A DNA stretch of 64,000 nucleotides from assembly GCA_965203325.1 (NCBI GenBank), contig OZ241875.1, positions 1,248,001 through 1,312,000 of the forward strand, given 5' to 3'. Made by a program: the position numbers and the translations under genes. Each line of letters begins with the position of its first letter. Positions within the stretch are counted from its first letter, which is position 1. Source of the DNA: a bacterium (GTDB lineage Bacteria; UBA8248). The notes beneath the pieces were generated by a model. That model did not search any database. It was not told where the DNA came from and was given only the letters and a program-made list of their open reading frames with translations. Below are positions 37,793-48,213 of this stretch, one piece after another.

Positions 37793-39337
37793 CTAGTTCT
37801 TGAACTTCTTCATGTCGATTTCCCACGCGAGGAACGTCTCATCGTGCCTGGGGTTGAAGCCCAGCGCCTTCTTGTAGGCGAAGATGTCGTTCGTCTTGTA
37901 GAGAATCTTGAACATCGCCTTCTTCTTGATGAGCGCGGTCACCTTCTGGAACTCGAGGTGCTGCGCCTTGAGGTCGGCGGTGGATGCCGCCTTGTCCACG
38001 GCCGCATCCACGTCCTTCATGCAGTGAACGCTGGAGTGGCCACGGCAGGTGGACGTCGCCCGCGTGATGCCGCCCGGGTCGCCGCCCGCGTTTCCGTAGC
38101 CCTGCAGGAAGAGCGCCACGCCCTTTTTGTTCTTCTGGAACGCCTTGCGCGTCTTCTTCCAGAGCGGGAAAGGCATCGAACGGCAGGTGGTGTCGATCTT
38201 GATGCGCTTCAGGAAGCCGGCGATGGCCTCACAGGTCTTCACGTCACCCGGATACCGCCCGATGGTGCCGTAGATCGTCGCCTTGAAGCCTTTTTCGTGG
38301 CCCGCTTCCTTCATGAGGGCTTTCGCCTTCTCGAGGTCGAAGCCGTACCATTTGTCATTGGGGTTGTAGCCCGCGAAGTTCCACGGGTGGTAGAGCGAAC
38401 CCCAAATCTTGGCTTTTCCGGCCAGAAAGGTGGTGCGCAGAAGCTCGGCGTCGATGGCGTAGTTGACGGCGAGGCGCACCTTCTGGTTCGCGAAGGGGCC
38501 GCCCTGGCGCGTCACCATGGAGACGAACATCATCCGCACGGCGGGCACGTCGGCCACGGCCAGCTTCTTGTCTTTCATGAGCTGCGGAATGAACTGGGGC
38601 TTGACCTTCATGACCATGTCCACCTCGCCCTTCTGGAGCGCCTTCACGCGGGTGGTGGCCTCTTTAATGCCGCGCACGATGACGGTCTTCGCCCGGTTGG
38701 GATATTGCGAGTTGCCCCACCAGTTGGGGTTCGCCTCGAACACCATCTTGCGGCCCTTGGTCCATTCCTTGAGGATGTAGGGGCCCGAACCGAAGGTTTT
38801 TCTGGAAATAACGGACCATTCCAAGCCCTTCGCCTTAAGCGACATGATGTGGCCGAAGCGCCCCAGGCGGTTCAACAAGCCGTTGTCGGGCACCTTGCTG
38901 TGCCAGATGAAGCGGTGCGAGTCGATAATCTCGATGCGGTCGAACGCCTTGAAGAAGACCCGCTGACGGCTTTTCTTGTTCATGATGCGCGTCATCGAGA
39001 ACTTCACGTTCTCCGACGTGAGTTCGGAGCCGTCGGCGAACTTCACGCCCTTGCGCAGCCAGAACTCCACCTTCTTGGGGCTGTGGATCTTCCATTTCGT
39101 GGCGAGCCAGGGCTGGCGTTTGCCCGTGCCCGCTTCGGCGGAGACCAGCGTGTCATACGACCAGCGCCAGAGCATCGTGCCGATGAAGTTCGACTTGGGA
39201 TGCGGGTCCATCGTAGGCGTGACGCCCGGAAGCGCGATCACGAGTTTGCCCGAGGCCATCGAATGCGCCTTCGGCGCGTTCATGAGGCCTGCGCCGACGA
39301 TGAGAACCGCCAGCAGAACAACCAACCATTTACGCAT
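37793..39337 (-). CDS. Peptide/nickel ABC transporter substrate-binding protein (family 5)
   Basis: Signal peptide, YDTLV, PWLA..W, LRKGVKF.DG, GSGPY....W, VRLAVNYAID. Confidence 0.9.
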   Translation of the reverse strand: MRKWLVVLLAVLIVGAGLMNAPKAHSMASGKLVIALPGVTPTMDPHPKSNFIGTMLWRWSYDTLVSAEAGTGKRQPWLATKWKIHSPKKVEFWLRKGVKFADGSELTSENVKFSMTRIMNKKSRQRVFFKAFDRIEIIDSHRFIWHSKVPDNGLLNRLGRFGHIMSLKAKGLEWSVISRKTFGSGPYILKEWTKGRKMVFEANPNWWGNSQYPNRAKTVIVRGIKEATTRVKALQKGEVDMVMKVKPQFIPQLMKDKKLAVADVPAVRMMFVSMVTRQGGPFANQKVRLAVNYAIDAELLRTTFLAGKAKIWGSLYHPWNFAGYNPNDKWYGFDLEKAKALMKEAGHEKGFKATIYGTIGRYPGDVKTCEAIAGFLKRIKIDTTCRSMPFPLWKKTRKAFQKNKKGVALFLQGYGNAGGDPGGITRATSTCRGHSSVHCMKDVDAAVDKAASTADLKAQHLEFQKVTALIKKKAMFKILYKTNDIFAYKKALGFNPRHDETFLAWEIDMKKFKN

Positions 39338-39705
39338 GTGAATCATCCTCCCTTTCATATTGAAACGAAAACCCGGAAACAGATGACATCTACCTTGGAA
39401 CACTTGCAACAAAAACGGCTAACGCGGCGCATGATCCGCGCCCCGGTAATCGGCTCCGCCCGGGAACGCCTTCGCCGCTCGGACAAGCCCAAATCGAGCG
39501 GGACGGGCATTCAATTTGACAAGGGTCAATCCCTTCGACTTATAATGATTGAACGGCATTATAGAGAAATACGTCTTTATCGCACAAGCGGCGTCTTCCT
39601 CATTTTCCGCACCGGAGCAGAGCGCATCCAGGAAGATATTGGAGACCCCGCCTCGCGTGGTCGGTTGCCCGGCTCACGAGAGAGCGCGTCAGGAAAGGTC
39701 GAAAC

Positions 39706-40641
39706 ATGCGGGCATACGTTATCCGCAGGCTGCTCCAAAGCCTGATCGTCATCAAGGTGGTGCTGGTCGTCGTCTTCGTGATGCTGCACTTGACGGGCGA
39801 CCCCGCCGACGTGCTGATGCCCGAGGACTCCACCCTCGAGGACGTGGCCGAGTTCCGGAAGGCGATGGGCTTCGACAAGCCGCTCCACGTGCAGTACTAC
39901 AACTTCCTCTTCGGCTTCGGGAAGAGCAAGGGGGTCTTAAGGGCGGATTTCGGCTATTCGTTCCGCCATGAGCTGCCCGCCGTGGACCTGGTGCTGGAGC
40001 ATTTTCCGGCGACCATTGACTTGGCCATCGTCGCCGTCATCATCTCCATCGTGGTCGCCCTGCCCACCGGCATACTCTCGGCCACGTTCCGCAACACCTG
40101 GATCGACCACGTCAGTTCCGTCGGCTCGATGTTCGGCCAGTCGATGCCGAACTTCTGGCTCGGCCTCATGTTCATCCTCGTCTTCGCCGTCGCCCTCGAC
40201 CTGCTGCCCACATCGGGATACGAGGGATGGGAGTACATCATCCTCCCCGCGCTGACGGCGGGACTCTACCAGACGGCGCGCATCATGCGGGTGGTTCGCT
40301 CGGGCATGCTCGAGGTGCTGGGCAGCGACTACATCCAGACGGCGCGCTCGAAGGGCGTCTCGGAGTATCTGGTCGTCGTGCGCCACGCGCTCAAGAACGC
40401 CTCCATCCCCGTCGTCACGCTGATAGGGCTCGAACTCGGCGTGCTGCTCGGCGGCACCGTCGTGACCGAGGCCGTCTTCGCGTGGCCGGGCGTGGGCTTT
40501 CTGGTCATCGACGCCATCAACAACCAGGATTATCCCGTCGTTCAGGCGGCGGTGACGCTGCTCGCGCTCATTTTCGTCATCATCAACCTGATCGTGGACA
40601 TCATTTATGCGTGGCTCGACCCGCGCATCGTCTACAGCTAA
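39706..40641 (+). CDS. Peptide ABC transporter permease (DppB/OppB)
   Basis: Y.IRRL, GDPA, DYIQTARSKG, TEAVFAWPG.G, DYPVVQ, LDPRI. Confidence 0.92.
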   Translation: MRAYVIRRLLQSLIVIKVVLVVVFVMLHLTGDPADVLMPEDSTLEDVAEFRKAMGFDKPLHVQYYNFLFGFGKSKGVLRADFGYSFRHELPAVDLVLEHFPATIDLAIVAVIISIVVALPTGILSATFRNTWIDHVSSVGSMFGQSMPNFWLGLMFILVFAVALDLLPTSGYEGWEYIILPALTAGLYQTARIMRVVRSGMLEVLGSDYIQTARSKGVSEYLVVVRHALKNASIPVVTLIGLELGVLLGGTVVTEAVFAWPGVGFLVIDAINNQDYPVVQAAVTLLALIFVIINLIVDIIYAWLDPRIVYS

Positions 40642-40653
40642 GGGGAGAGGGTT

Positions 40654-41583
40654 TTGGCTCAGGAACAGCAAGCGACGATAGGCGAATTCGCGGAAGATAT
40701 CGAGGAACCGCGCGGGCCATCGAACTTCCAGTTGGCCATGCGGGACCTGAGGCGCCGCCCGCCCGCGCTGTTCGGTCTGATCACCCTCGTCATCGTGTTC
40801 CTCTGGGCCGTCGTGCCCGATTTCTTCGCGCCGCTCGACCCCTATGACCAGAACCTGAGAATCTTCCTGAAGCCCCCGGGATTCACCGACGCGGCGGGCA
40901 ACTATTACCTGCTCGGAACCGACCAGCAGGGCCGCGACATGCTGAGCCGCATCATCTGGGGCGCGCGCATATCGCTCATCGTGGGATTCGCCGCCGTCGT
41001 GGTGAGCGGCTTTATCGGCATCACGCTGGGCATCGTGGCCGGCTACTTCGGCGGAATTATCGACTCGATCATCAGCCGCATCATCGACTCGGCGCTCTCG
41101 ATACCCTTTATCCTCCTGGCCATGAGCATCGTCGCCATCCTGGGGCCGAGCCTGAGGAACGTCATCCTCGCCATCGCCATCAGAACGTGGATCGTCTACG
41201 CGCGCGTGATACGCGGCACCGTATTGTCGGTGAAGGAAGTCGAATACATCACGGGGGCGAAGGCCTCGGGGTGCTCGACCTTCCGGGTGCTGTTCATGCA
41301 CGTGCTGCCGAACGTGCTATCGCCCGCCATCGTCATCGCCACGCTCTATCTCGGGCGGATGATCATCATCGAGGCGGCGCTCTCTTTCCTCGGCGTGGGC
41401 GTTCCGCCGCCGACGCCCACCTGGGGCGGGATGCTATCGCGCGGTCGCGAATACATCGACACGGCGTGGTGGATAGCGTTTTTCCCGGGCATGATCCTCA
41501 TGCTGACGGTGCTGAGCGTGAACCTGCTGGGCGACTGGCTCCGGGATACGCTCGACCCTAAGATGAAGCGCCTGACGGAATAG
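40654..41583 (+). CDS. Peptide ABC transporter permease (DppC/OppC)
   Basis: LGTDQQGRD.LSR.IWGAR.SL, EAALSFLG.G, N.LGDWLRD.LDP. TTG start. Confidence 0.92.
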   Translation: MAQEQQATIGEFAEDIEEPRGPSNFQLAMRDLRRRPPALFGLITLVIVFLWAVVPDFFAPLDPYDQNLRIFLKPPGFTDAAGNYYLLGTDQQGRDMLSRIIWGARISLIVGFAAVVVSGFIGITLGIVAGYFGGIIDSIISRIIDSALSIPFILLAMSIVAILGPSLRNVILAIAIRTWIVYARVIRGTVLSVKEVEYITGAKASGCSTFRVLFMHVLPNVLSPAIVIATLYLGRMIIIEAALSFLGVGVPPPTPTWGGMLSRGREYIDTAWWIAFFPGMILMLTVLSVNLLGDWLRDTLDPKMKRLTE

Positions 41584-41586
41584 CCC

Positions 41587-42753
41587 TCAAGCCCCCAGTT
41601 TCTGTTGCAGCCAGTCGTAGATGTAGGTCGTCCCCAGCGTCATGTTGTCGCGCTGGCAGTGCTGCGCGCCGCCTTCTTTCGACGTGAACACCTTGAAAGT
41701 CTTGTCTTTGGAGCCCACGGCGTTAAAGAGCTTCCTGGCGTCGCGCATGGGTATCTGCTTGTCCTCCGATCCGTGGACCAGCAGGAAGGGACAGCGCATC
41801 TTCTGCACCACGCCGTCGAGGCGGAAACCCTCGAGTTTTTCGAGCGCCTCGTCGGGCGTCTTCGCGTCCATGATCCACAGGATGTGATGATCGGGCACCG
41901 CGTGCAGCGACGTCCCCCAAGCCGCGAGGCGCTTTTTCCAGGTGGCGTGGTAGTCCCAGATCGCCCCCCAGGCGACGCAGGCCTTGTAGCGATGGTCCAT
42001 GCTCGCCGCACGGGGCGCGTAGTATCCCCCCGCGCTTAACGCGATGATCCCCGCGCGCCTCGCGTTCACGTCCCCTCTCGTTTCGAGGTAATCGAGCGCA
42101 GCCGAGCCTGCGACCTCATAATCGTGGCGCAGGTAGAGGCCCCTGAAGCGCGCCGCCTCGCCCGAACCCGGCCCGTCCACGACGAGACAGCTCATCCCGC
42201 GCGCGACCAGGCTCTCCACCCCCCGGACGTAGACGAGTTCCTTGGTGTTGTCGAGACCGTCGAAAAAGACCACGACGGGCGGCTTTCTTCTTCGCGTGTT
42301 CTCGGCGTGGACGAGCCAGGCGGGCAGCGACGCGCCTCTCTCGTAGGGAATCTCGACGCGCTCGATTCGCGGCCTGTTCGTCAGGCCGGCGAAACGCTGA
42401 AAACAATCGAGCGATTTCCTGAAGACGGTGTGGCCACGCCTGTCCTTGGGCGTGCGAAAGCGCTCGCCCATCTGGTAGTAGACGCACGCCCGGAGATGAT
42501 GGGCTGCCGCGGTAAAGCTCGAAGCCTCATTCTCCGCCGCCAGACCGAGCCTGCGAACGCGGTCGCCCATGCGCACCCACTCGCGGAACCAGGCCTCGTC
42601 ATCCCCCGGCTCCCGGGCGAGCCGGCGCCCCACCCGGTCGATCTCGCCAATCTCCGAAGCGCCCCATCTGGCGCACGAAATCATGAAACAAACCGCCGAG
42701 GACCAGCGGTACTCTCCCGGAAAATACGTGAACCAGTTCGCCTCCACCGGCAT
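41587..42753 (-). CDS. Alpha/beta hydrolase, paralog of 33508-34641
   Basis: DGLDNTKE, DGPGSGE, ALSAGGYYAPR, GGAQHC. Confidence 0.88.
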   Translation of the reverse strand: MPVEANWFTYFPGEYRWSSAVCFMISCARWGASEIGEIDRVGRRLAREPGDDEAWFREWVRMGDRVRRLGLAAENEASSFTAAAHHLRACVYYQMGERFRTPKDRRGHTVFRKSLDCFQRFAGLTNRPRIERVEIPYERGASLPAWLVHAENTRRRKPPVVVFFDGLDNTKELVYVRGVESLVARGMSCLVVDGPGSGEAARFRGLYLRHDYEVAGSAALDYLETRGDVNARRAGIIALSAGGYYAPRAASMDHRYKACVAWGAIWDYHATWKKRLAAWGTSLHAVPDHHILWIMDAKTPDEALEKLEGFRLDGVVQKMRCPFLLVHGSEDKQIPMRDARKLFNAVGSKDKTFKVFTSKEGGAQHCQRDNMTLGTTYIYDWLQQKLGA

Positions 42754-42883
42754 ATCCGCCAAAATCCCGCCTCCCGCGCCAGATGGCCGCTTCGCTCCGG
42801 CCAAGTGAATGTTGATGAAGATTCAGGCTATGATATATCCACCTATAACATGAATCCACCCGATGACGCCGTGAGGAGGAACC

Positions 42884-44245
42884 ATGACGACTGGAGCGCT
42901 TTCCGACGTATTCGCCTATATTGACGCGCACGCAGAGCAGACGGTGGAGGATCTGTGCGAGCTCTGCCGCCAGCCAAGCATCTCCACCACCCACATCGGG
43001 ATAGAGGGCATGGCCGCGCTCACCCAGGAGCGCCTGGAAAGAACCGGCTTCAACGTCACCCGGCACGAAACCTCGCACAACCCCATCTTCACAGGCTTCC
43101 TGCCGGGGCGCTCCGACAAGACGCTCCTCTTCTACAACCACTACGACGTCCAGCCGCCCGATCCGGTGGATGAATGGATAAACCCGCCGTTTGAACCCGC
43201 GATTCGGGACGGCCATGTCTTCGCCCGGGGGGCGACGGACAACAAGGGCAACATCATGAGCCGCCTGGCCGCCTTCGAGGCCTTTCTGGCGGTGCGCGGG
43301 GAACTCCCCTGCAACGTAAAGTACCTGATCGAGGGCAACGAGGAGATGAGCAGCCCCTCGCTGCGCCACTTCGTGCCAGAGAACAAGGAACTCCTGGCCG
43401 CCGACGGCTGCATCTGGGAGGACACCTTCCGCGAGGACGCCCCCGTCCTCTCGCTCGGCAACAAGGGGATGTGCTACCTGGAGCTCAGTTGCCAGACGGC
43501 GAACGTGGATTTTCACAGCAGCCACGCCCAGATTTACGAGAACGCCGGCTGGCGGCTCACCTGGGCGCTGGGCACGATGAAGGACGAGAACGAGAACATC
43601 CTGATCGATGGATACTACGATGAGGTCGTCCCCCTGAACGAGACCGAAGAGGCCCTGATTGAGAAGATAAAATCCTATGACGCCGATGAGCGGATGGAAA
43701 AATTCGAACTCAGGCGTTTTCTCCTCGATCTGCCGGGAGAGGAGTTGCCGAGACGGCATCTGACGAATCCCACCTTCAACATCGCAGGCCTCAACGCGGG
43801 CTACACCGGCCAGGGGCGAAAGACCATCGTCGCCGGACGCGCGAGCGCAAAGATAGACTGCCGCCTCGTGGTGGCCCAGACGCCCGAGCACATCTACAAC
43901 TGCGTGCGCCGCCACCTGGAGGAGCACGGCTTTGCGGACATCGAGGTCGAAATGCTGGGGCCGGGCTCCTTCCCCGCCAAGAGCGACCCTGAAAGCGCGG
44001 TCGTCAAGGCGTGCCAGGCGGCCTCACAGGATGTCTATGGCAAGGAGGCGATCATCAATCCCTTTGGCAGCGGGAGCACGCCGACCTGGACGATCATCCG
44101 CCATCTGGGGATTCCGCTTTGCTCGACGGGCGTGGGCTACATCACCGCGCGCACGCACAGCGTGAACGAGAACCTCAAGATCGAGCACCTGATCGAGGGT
44201 GCGAAATACATGGCGGCCATCTGCGAGCGCTTCGCCGCCTCATGA
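42884..44245 (+). CDS. M20/M25/M40 family metallo-hydrolase (dipeptidase-like)
   Basis: YNHYDVQP, ARGATDNKG, EGNEE, THSVNE. Confidence 0.9.
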   Translation: MTTGALSDVFAYIDAHAEQTVEDLCELCRQPSISTTHIGIEGMAALTQERLERTGFNVTRHETSHNPIFTGFLPGRSDKTLLFYNHYDVQPPDPVDEWINPPFEPAIRDGHVFARGATDNKGNIMSRLAAFEAFLAVRGELPCNVKYLIEGNEEMSSPSLRHFVPENKELLAADGCIWEDTFREDAPVLSLGNKGMCYLELSCQTANVDFHSSHAQIYENAGWRLTWALGTMKDENENILIDGYYDEVVPLNETEEALIEKIKSYDADERMEKFELRRFLLDLPGEELPRRHLTNPTFNIAGLNAGYTGQGRKTIVAGRASAKIDCRLVVAQTPEHIYNCVRRHLEEHGFADIEVEMLGPGSFPAKSDPESAVVKACQAASQDVYGKEAIINPFGSGSTPTWTIIRHLGIPLCSTGVGYITARTHSVNENLKIEHLIEGAKYMAAICERFAAS

Positions 44246-44255
44246 TTCAGGGCGG

Positions 44256-45431
44256 TCAGGCCTTCAGCTTCTCCGCCAGCCAGTCGCACATGTAGGGAAC
44301 GGCGAGGGGCACGTTGTCCATCTGGCAGTGCTGCGCGCCGCCTTCCTCGTTCCTGAACACGCGCAGGGTCTTGTCCTTGGAACCCACCAAGCGGAACAGC
44401 GCGCGGGCCGCTTCCAAGGACACCTGCTGATCGTCCTCGCCGTGCACGAGAAGATAAGGGCAGCGCATCTTCTGCACCACGCCGTCGAGCCGGAAGTCCT
44501 CCAGTTTTTCGAGCGCCTCTTCCACCGTCTTGGCGTTCAGTATCCAGAGGATGTGATGCGGGGGCACCGAGAGAGCGCTCTTATACTGCGCTTCGATGCG
44601 CCGCTTCCAGCGCTCGTGATAATCGGGTTCCGCCCCCCAACCCACACACGCCTTGAAGCGTCTTTCCATGCTGGCGTTTCTGGGAGCGTAGTATCCGCCC
44701 AGGCTGATGCCCATCACGCCTGCGCGCTTCGCGTTCACGTCGTCGCGCGTTTCGAGATAATCGAGCGCTGCCCCGCCTGCCGCCTCGTGGTCGTAGCGGA
44801 GATATAGCTTTCGGAAGCGGATGGATTCGCCGTTGCCGGGCGCATCCACAATGAGAACGCTCATCCCCCGGCGGACGATATCCTCGACGCCCAACATGTA
44901 CTGAATCTCTTTCGTGACGTCGAGACCGTCGAAATACACCACGACGGGGGGCTTCGCCTTTTTCGTGTTCTCGGCGTGAACGAGCCAGGCGGGGAGCGCG
45001 GCATCTCCTTCGAAGGGAATCTCGACGCGCTCGATTCGCGGTGAATCCGTCAGGCGGGCGAAACGCTCGAAGCAATCAAGCGATTTCCTGTACGCCGCGA
45101 GCGCCTTCCTGTCCTTGGGCGTCCTGAAACGCTCGCCGATCTGGTAGTAGGTGCAGGCGCGCTTCAGGAGCGCTGCGGCGGTGAGGCCGTTTCCTTTTCG
45201 CTGCGCGGCCAGACCCAGCCTCCGCACCCGATCGCCCATGCCGGTCCACTCGCTGAACCAGGCCTCATCGTCTCCCACCTTGTCTTTTAAGCGCTTTCCG
45301 ACCTGATCGATCTCCCCCATCGCCGCCCCGCCCCAGTAGGAGACGGAACACGCCATGCTCACCGCCGCGGACCAGCGGTAGTCTTCCGGGAAATACGCGA
45401 ACCAATCGGCGCGTCCTATGGCTTTGGCCAC
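44256..45431 (-). CDS. Alpha/beta hydrolase, close paralog of 41587-42753
   Basis: GTG start after AAAGGAG. DGLDVTKE, GISLGGYYAPR, GGAQHC. Confidence 0.88.
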   Translation of the reverse strand: MAKAIGRADWFAYFPEDYRWSAAVSMACSVSYWGGAAMGEIDQVGKRLKDKVGDDEAWFSEWTGMGDRVRRLGLAAQRKGNGLTAAALLKRACTYYQIGERFRTPKDRKALAAYRKSLDCFERFARLTDSPRIERVEIPFEGDAALPAWLVHAENTKKAKPPVVVYFDGLDVTKEIQYMLGVEDIVRRGMSVLIVDAPGNGESIRFRKLYLRYDHEAAGGAALDYLETRDDVNAKRAGVMGISLGGYYAPRNASMERRFKACVGWGAEPDYHERWKRRIEAQYKSALSVPPHHILWILNAKTVEEALEKLEDFRLDGVVQKMRCPYLLVHGEDDQQVSLEAARALFRLVGSKDKTLRVFRNEEGGAQHCQMDNVPLAVPYMCDWLAEKLKA

Positions 45432-45489
45432 CTTCTTTCTCCTTTCGATAAAAAAAAGACCGCACTCCCTGAAGACGCGGCCCGGAACC

Positions 45490-45822
45490 CTACCCATCGT
45501 TCCCCGGAATGAGCGCCTCGCGCGGCGGACTGTAGATGCCGATGTAGCGGATGGGCGTGAGCGCATCCACCTGATGCACGAGGTCGGGCTCCACGTGTAT
45601 CGCCTGGCCCGCCTTTATCTCGCGCTCCTCATCGCCCAGGCGAAAGCGCGCCCGGCCTTCGAGGAGATAGATCATCTGCTCGTTGGGGTGGCTGTGCTCC
45701 GTGGTGGAGCCCGCCTCGCGCTCGACGTAGACGAGCATCAGGTTCTCGCCCACGATCACCCGGCGCTTGTAGCCCTCGAGTTGCTTGTAGTCCACTTCCT
45801 GCAGATCGTAAAAACCGCCCAT
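45490..45822 (-). CDS. Cupin-domain protein
   Basis: HSHPNEQMIYLLEG...H, SPPRE. Confidence 0.88.
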   Translation of the reverse strand: MGGFYDLQEVDYKQLEGYKRRVIVGENLMLVYVEREAGSTTEHSHPNEQMIYLLEGRARFRLGDEEREIKAGQAIHVEPDLVHQVDALTPIRYIGIYSPPREALIPGNDG

Positions 45823-45861
45823 TTCTTATCTCCTAAAAAACATAAACAAACAGACAACCTC

Positions 45862-46656
45862 TTAGCGCCCCGTGAAGTGGGGCGGTCTCTTCTCCATGAA
45901 GGCTCTTCTGCCCTCAATGTAATCTTCGCTCTCGAAACACGCCTGCACGGCCGCCTGAACCGCTTCCAGGTCGCGCTTCGCCTCGTCTTTCTGGGCTTCC
46001 GCGATGGCCGTCTTGTACGCCCGGACGGACAAGGGGGCGTTCGCCGCGATTTTAGCGACCAAGGCGCGGACACTTGCTTCGAGTTCTTCCGCGGGCGCCA
46101 CGCGGTTCACGAGGCCGAAATCGAGCGCCTCCTGGGCGGAAAACCGCTCTGCGGAAAAAGTCATCTCCTTGGCGCGCGCAGGTCCCACCAGCGCGATGAG
46201 TTCCCGCATGCTCTCGTGTCCGTAAGCCATGCCGAGCCGGGCCGCCGGAACCCCGAAGAGGGCGTCTTCGGAAGCGATGCGGATGTCCGCACTCAGGGCG
46301 AGCGTGAGGCCGCCGCCCAGACAGTAGCCGTGGATCATGGCGATAAGGGGCTTTCGCAGACCAGTCAGGCTGCGTTTGGCGCGCCACAACACGCTCGAAT
46401 AATGTTTCACCTTCCCGGGGTCGTTTCGCCTCTTCTCGAACTCGGAAATGTCGGCTCCCGAGACGAAGGCCTTCTCCCCCGCCCCGCGCATGACGACGAC
46501 GCGCACCGAATCGTCCGCCTCGAAGAATTCGATGATCCCCGGAATCGCCTCCCACATCTCGAGGCTCACGGCGTTTCGCTTATCTGGGTTGTTGAAGACC
46601 ATCCAGCCGATTCTGTCCTCAACCTTCGCGAGCATCTTCTCCGTGCCCGGCTTCAC
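45862..46656 (-). CDS. Enoyl-CoA hydratase/isomerase family protein
   Basis: NNPDKRNA, AFVSGADISEF, GYCLGGG, EGRRAFMEKR.P.F.GR. Confidence 0.92.
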   Translation of the reverse strand: MKPGTEKMLAKVEDRIGWMVFNNPDKRNAVSLEMWEAIPGIIEFFEADDSVRVVVMRGAGEKAFVSGADISEFEKRRNDPGKVKHYSSVLWRAKRSLTGLRKPLIAMIHGYCLGGGLTLALSADIRIASEDALFGVPAARLGMAYGHESMRELIALVGPARAKEMTFSAERFSAQEALDFGLVNRVAPAEELEASVRALVAKIAANAPLSVRAYKTAIAEAQKDEAKRDLEAVQAAVQACFESEDYIEGRRAFMEKRPPHFTGR

Positions 46657-47840
46657 ACCACGCCCTCCTCGCGCAATGCCTCGATTTGGGCCGCGTCATA
46701 GCCCAGCAATTCCTTCAGCAATTCTTCGGTGTGCTCGCCCGGCTCGGGTGCAGCGGAGCGCATGGGCTGGGGGCTATCGCCCATCTTGAGCGCCTGGCCG
46801 ACGACGCGCATCCGCCCGAGTGCGGGATGATGGACTTCAGGCGCCATGCCCAGCGTCTCGACCTGCGAGTCCGCCATCGTCTGATCCACCGAATAGATGG
46901 GGCCGCATGGAATCCCCGCCTCGTTGAGGAGCGCTACCCATTCTCCAGTCTTTCTCTGAGACGTCAGGGCGTTGATGCGCGCATTCAGGGCGTCTCGGTT
47001 TACGAGGCGGTTCTTCATGTCTGCGTAGTCGGGGTTTTCCGCCAACTCCGGTGCACCGAGCGCCACTGTCAAACGCTCCCACAAACGCTGCCCACCCGCC
47101 TGAATGTTGATGAGGCCGTCCGTCGTCTCGAACACGCCGGTGGGAATGAACGTGGGGTGATTGTTGCCCGCCTGGCCGGGGACCTCCCCCGCCATCAGGT
47201 AGCGCGCCATTTGGAAGTCCATCATCTGGATCTGCGCTTCAAGCAGGGAGGTGTGCACCCACCGCCCCTCGCCCGTCCTCTCGCGATCGAGCAGCGCCAT
47301 CAGTATCCCCTGGGCGAGGAGAATGCCGGCGGACAAATCAGAAACCGGAACGCCAGCGCGCATCGGCCCACCCCCCGGCGCGCCCGTGACCGACATCAGC
47401 CCGCTCATTCCCTGGGCTATCTGGTCCAACCCCGGCCGCTCGGCGTAGGGTCCCGCTTGCCCGAAACCCGATATGCTTCCGTAGACAATTCTGGGGTTCA
47501 CCCGCCGCACGGCCTCATAATCGACGCCCAAGCGCTTCTTCACGCGGGGGCGGTAGTTCTCGACGATGACGTCAGCGCTTTTCGCCAGTTCGAAGAAAAT
47601 CTCCTTGCCCTTTTCAGTCTTGAGGTTGAGCGTGAGACTTTTCTTGTTGCGGTGCAGATTCTGGAAATCGAACCCGTGGCGGCGCCCGTCCATCACGTCC
47701 ACTCCCATCAAGGCGGGGAGCTCGATCTTGACCACCTCCGCTCCCCAGTCGGCGAGTTGGCGCACCGCCGTTGGCCCCGAGCGGGCCTGCGTGAGGTCGA
47801 TAACCTTGAAACGAGCGAGCGGCCAGAATGGTTCGGACAC
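46653..47840 (-). CDS. CaiB/BaiF (class III) CoA transferase
   Basis: DLTQARSGP..LAD.GAEVVKIE, RNKKSLTLNLK, ENYRP, SGFGQ.GP. Confidence 0.93.
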   Translation of the reverse strand: MSEPFWPLARFKVIDLTQARSGPTAVRQLADWGAEVVKIELPALMGVDVMDGRRHGFDFQNLHRNKKSLTLNLKTEKGKEIFFELAKSADVIVENYRPRVKKRLGVDYEAVRRVNPRIVYGSISGFGQAGPYAERPGLDQIAQGMSGLMSVTGAPGGGPMRAGVPVSDLSAGILLAQGILMALLDRERTGEGRWVHTSLLEAQIQMMDFQMARYLMAGEVPGQAGNNHPTFIPTGVFETTDGLINIQAGGQRLWERLTVALGAPELAENPDYADMKNRLVNRDALNARINALTSQRKTGEWVALLNEAGIPCGPIYSVDQTMADSQVETLGMAPEVHHPALGRMRVVGQALKMGDSPQPMRSAAPEPGEHTEELLKELLGYDAAQIEALREEGVV

Positions 47841-48213
47841 TGCAAAGACTCCACCTGATTCGAGGGAGAATCCCGGGCTTTCGGCGATTCCCTTTTCTAT
47901 GAAGTGTTTGGCGTTATCTTAGCAGGTTTTGGGAGGGAGCCTAAGCCGGTCGAGGACTATATACATTTTCTATAAAGAAAACGTCGAGAACACTTTCCAG
48001 AAGCCCGGAGTCGCGGCAGCGGCACTTATTCCAATCAAGGAACAGGCAATTTCGAACCGATGTCTCGCCCGTTTAGAGAGGCCGGGGAATCTCCCGCGAG
48101 CGTGAAATGCTTGTAGTTTATTAAAAGTATTGCGGGTATTTGTATTTGGGAATTTCGATTGAGATTCGCTTTCTGTAATAAGTAAGCAAATCGAAAGGAG
48201 ACTGATTCAAACT

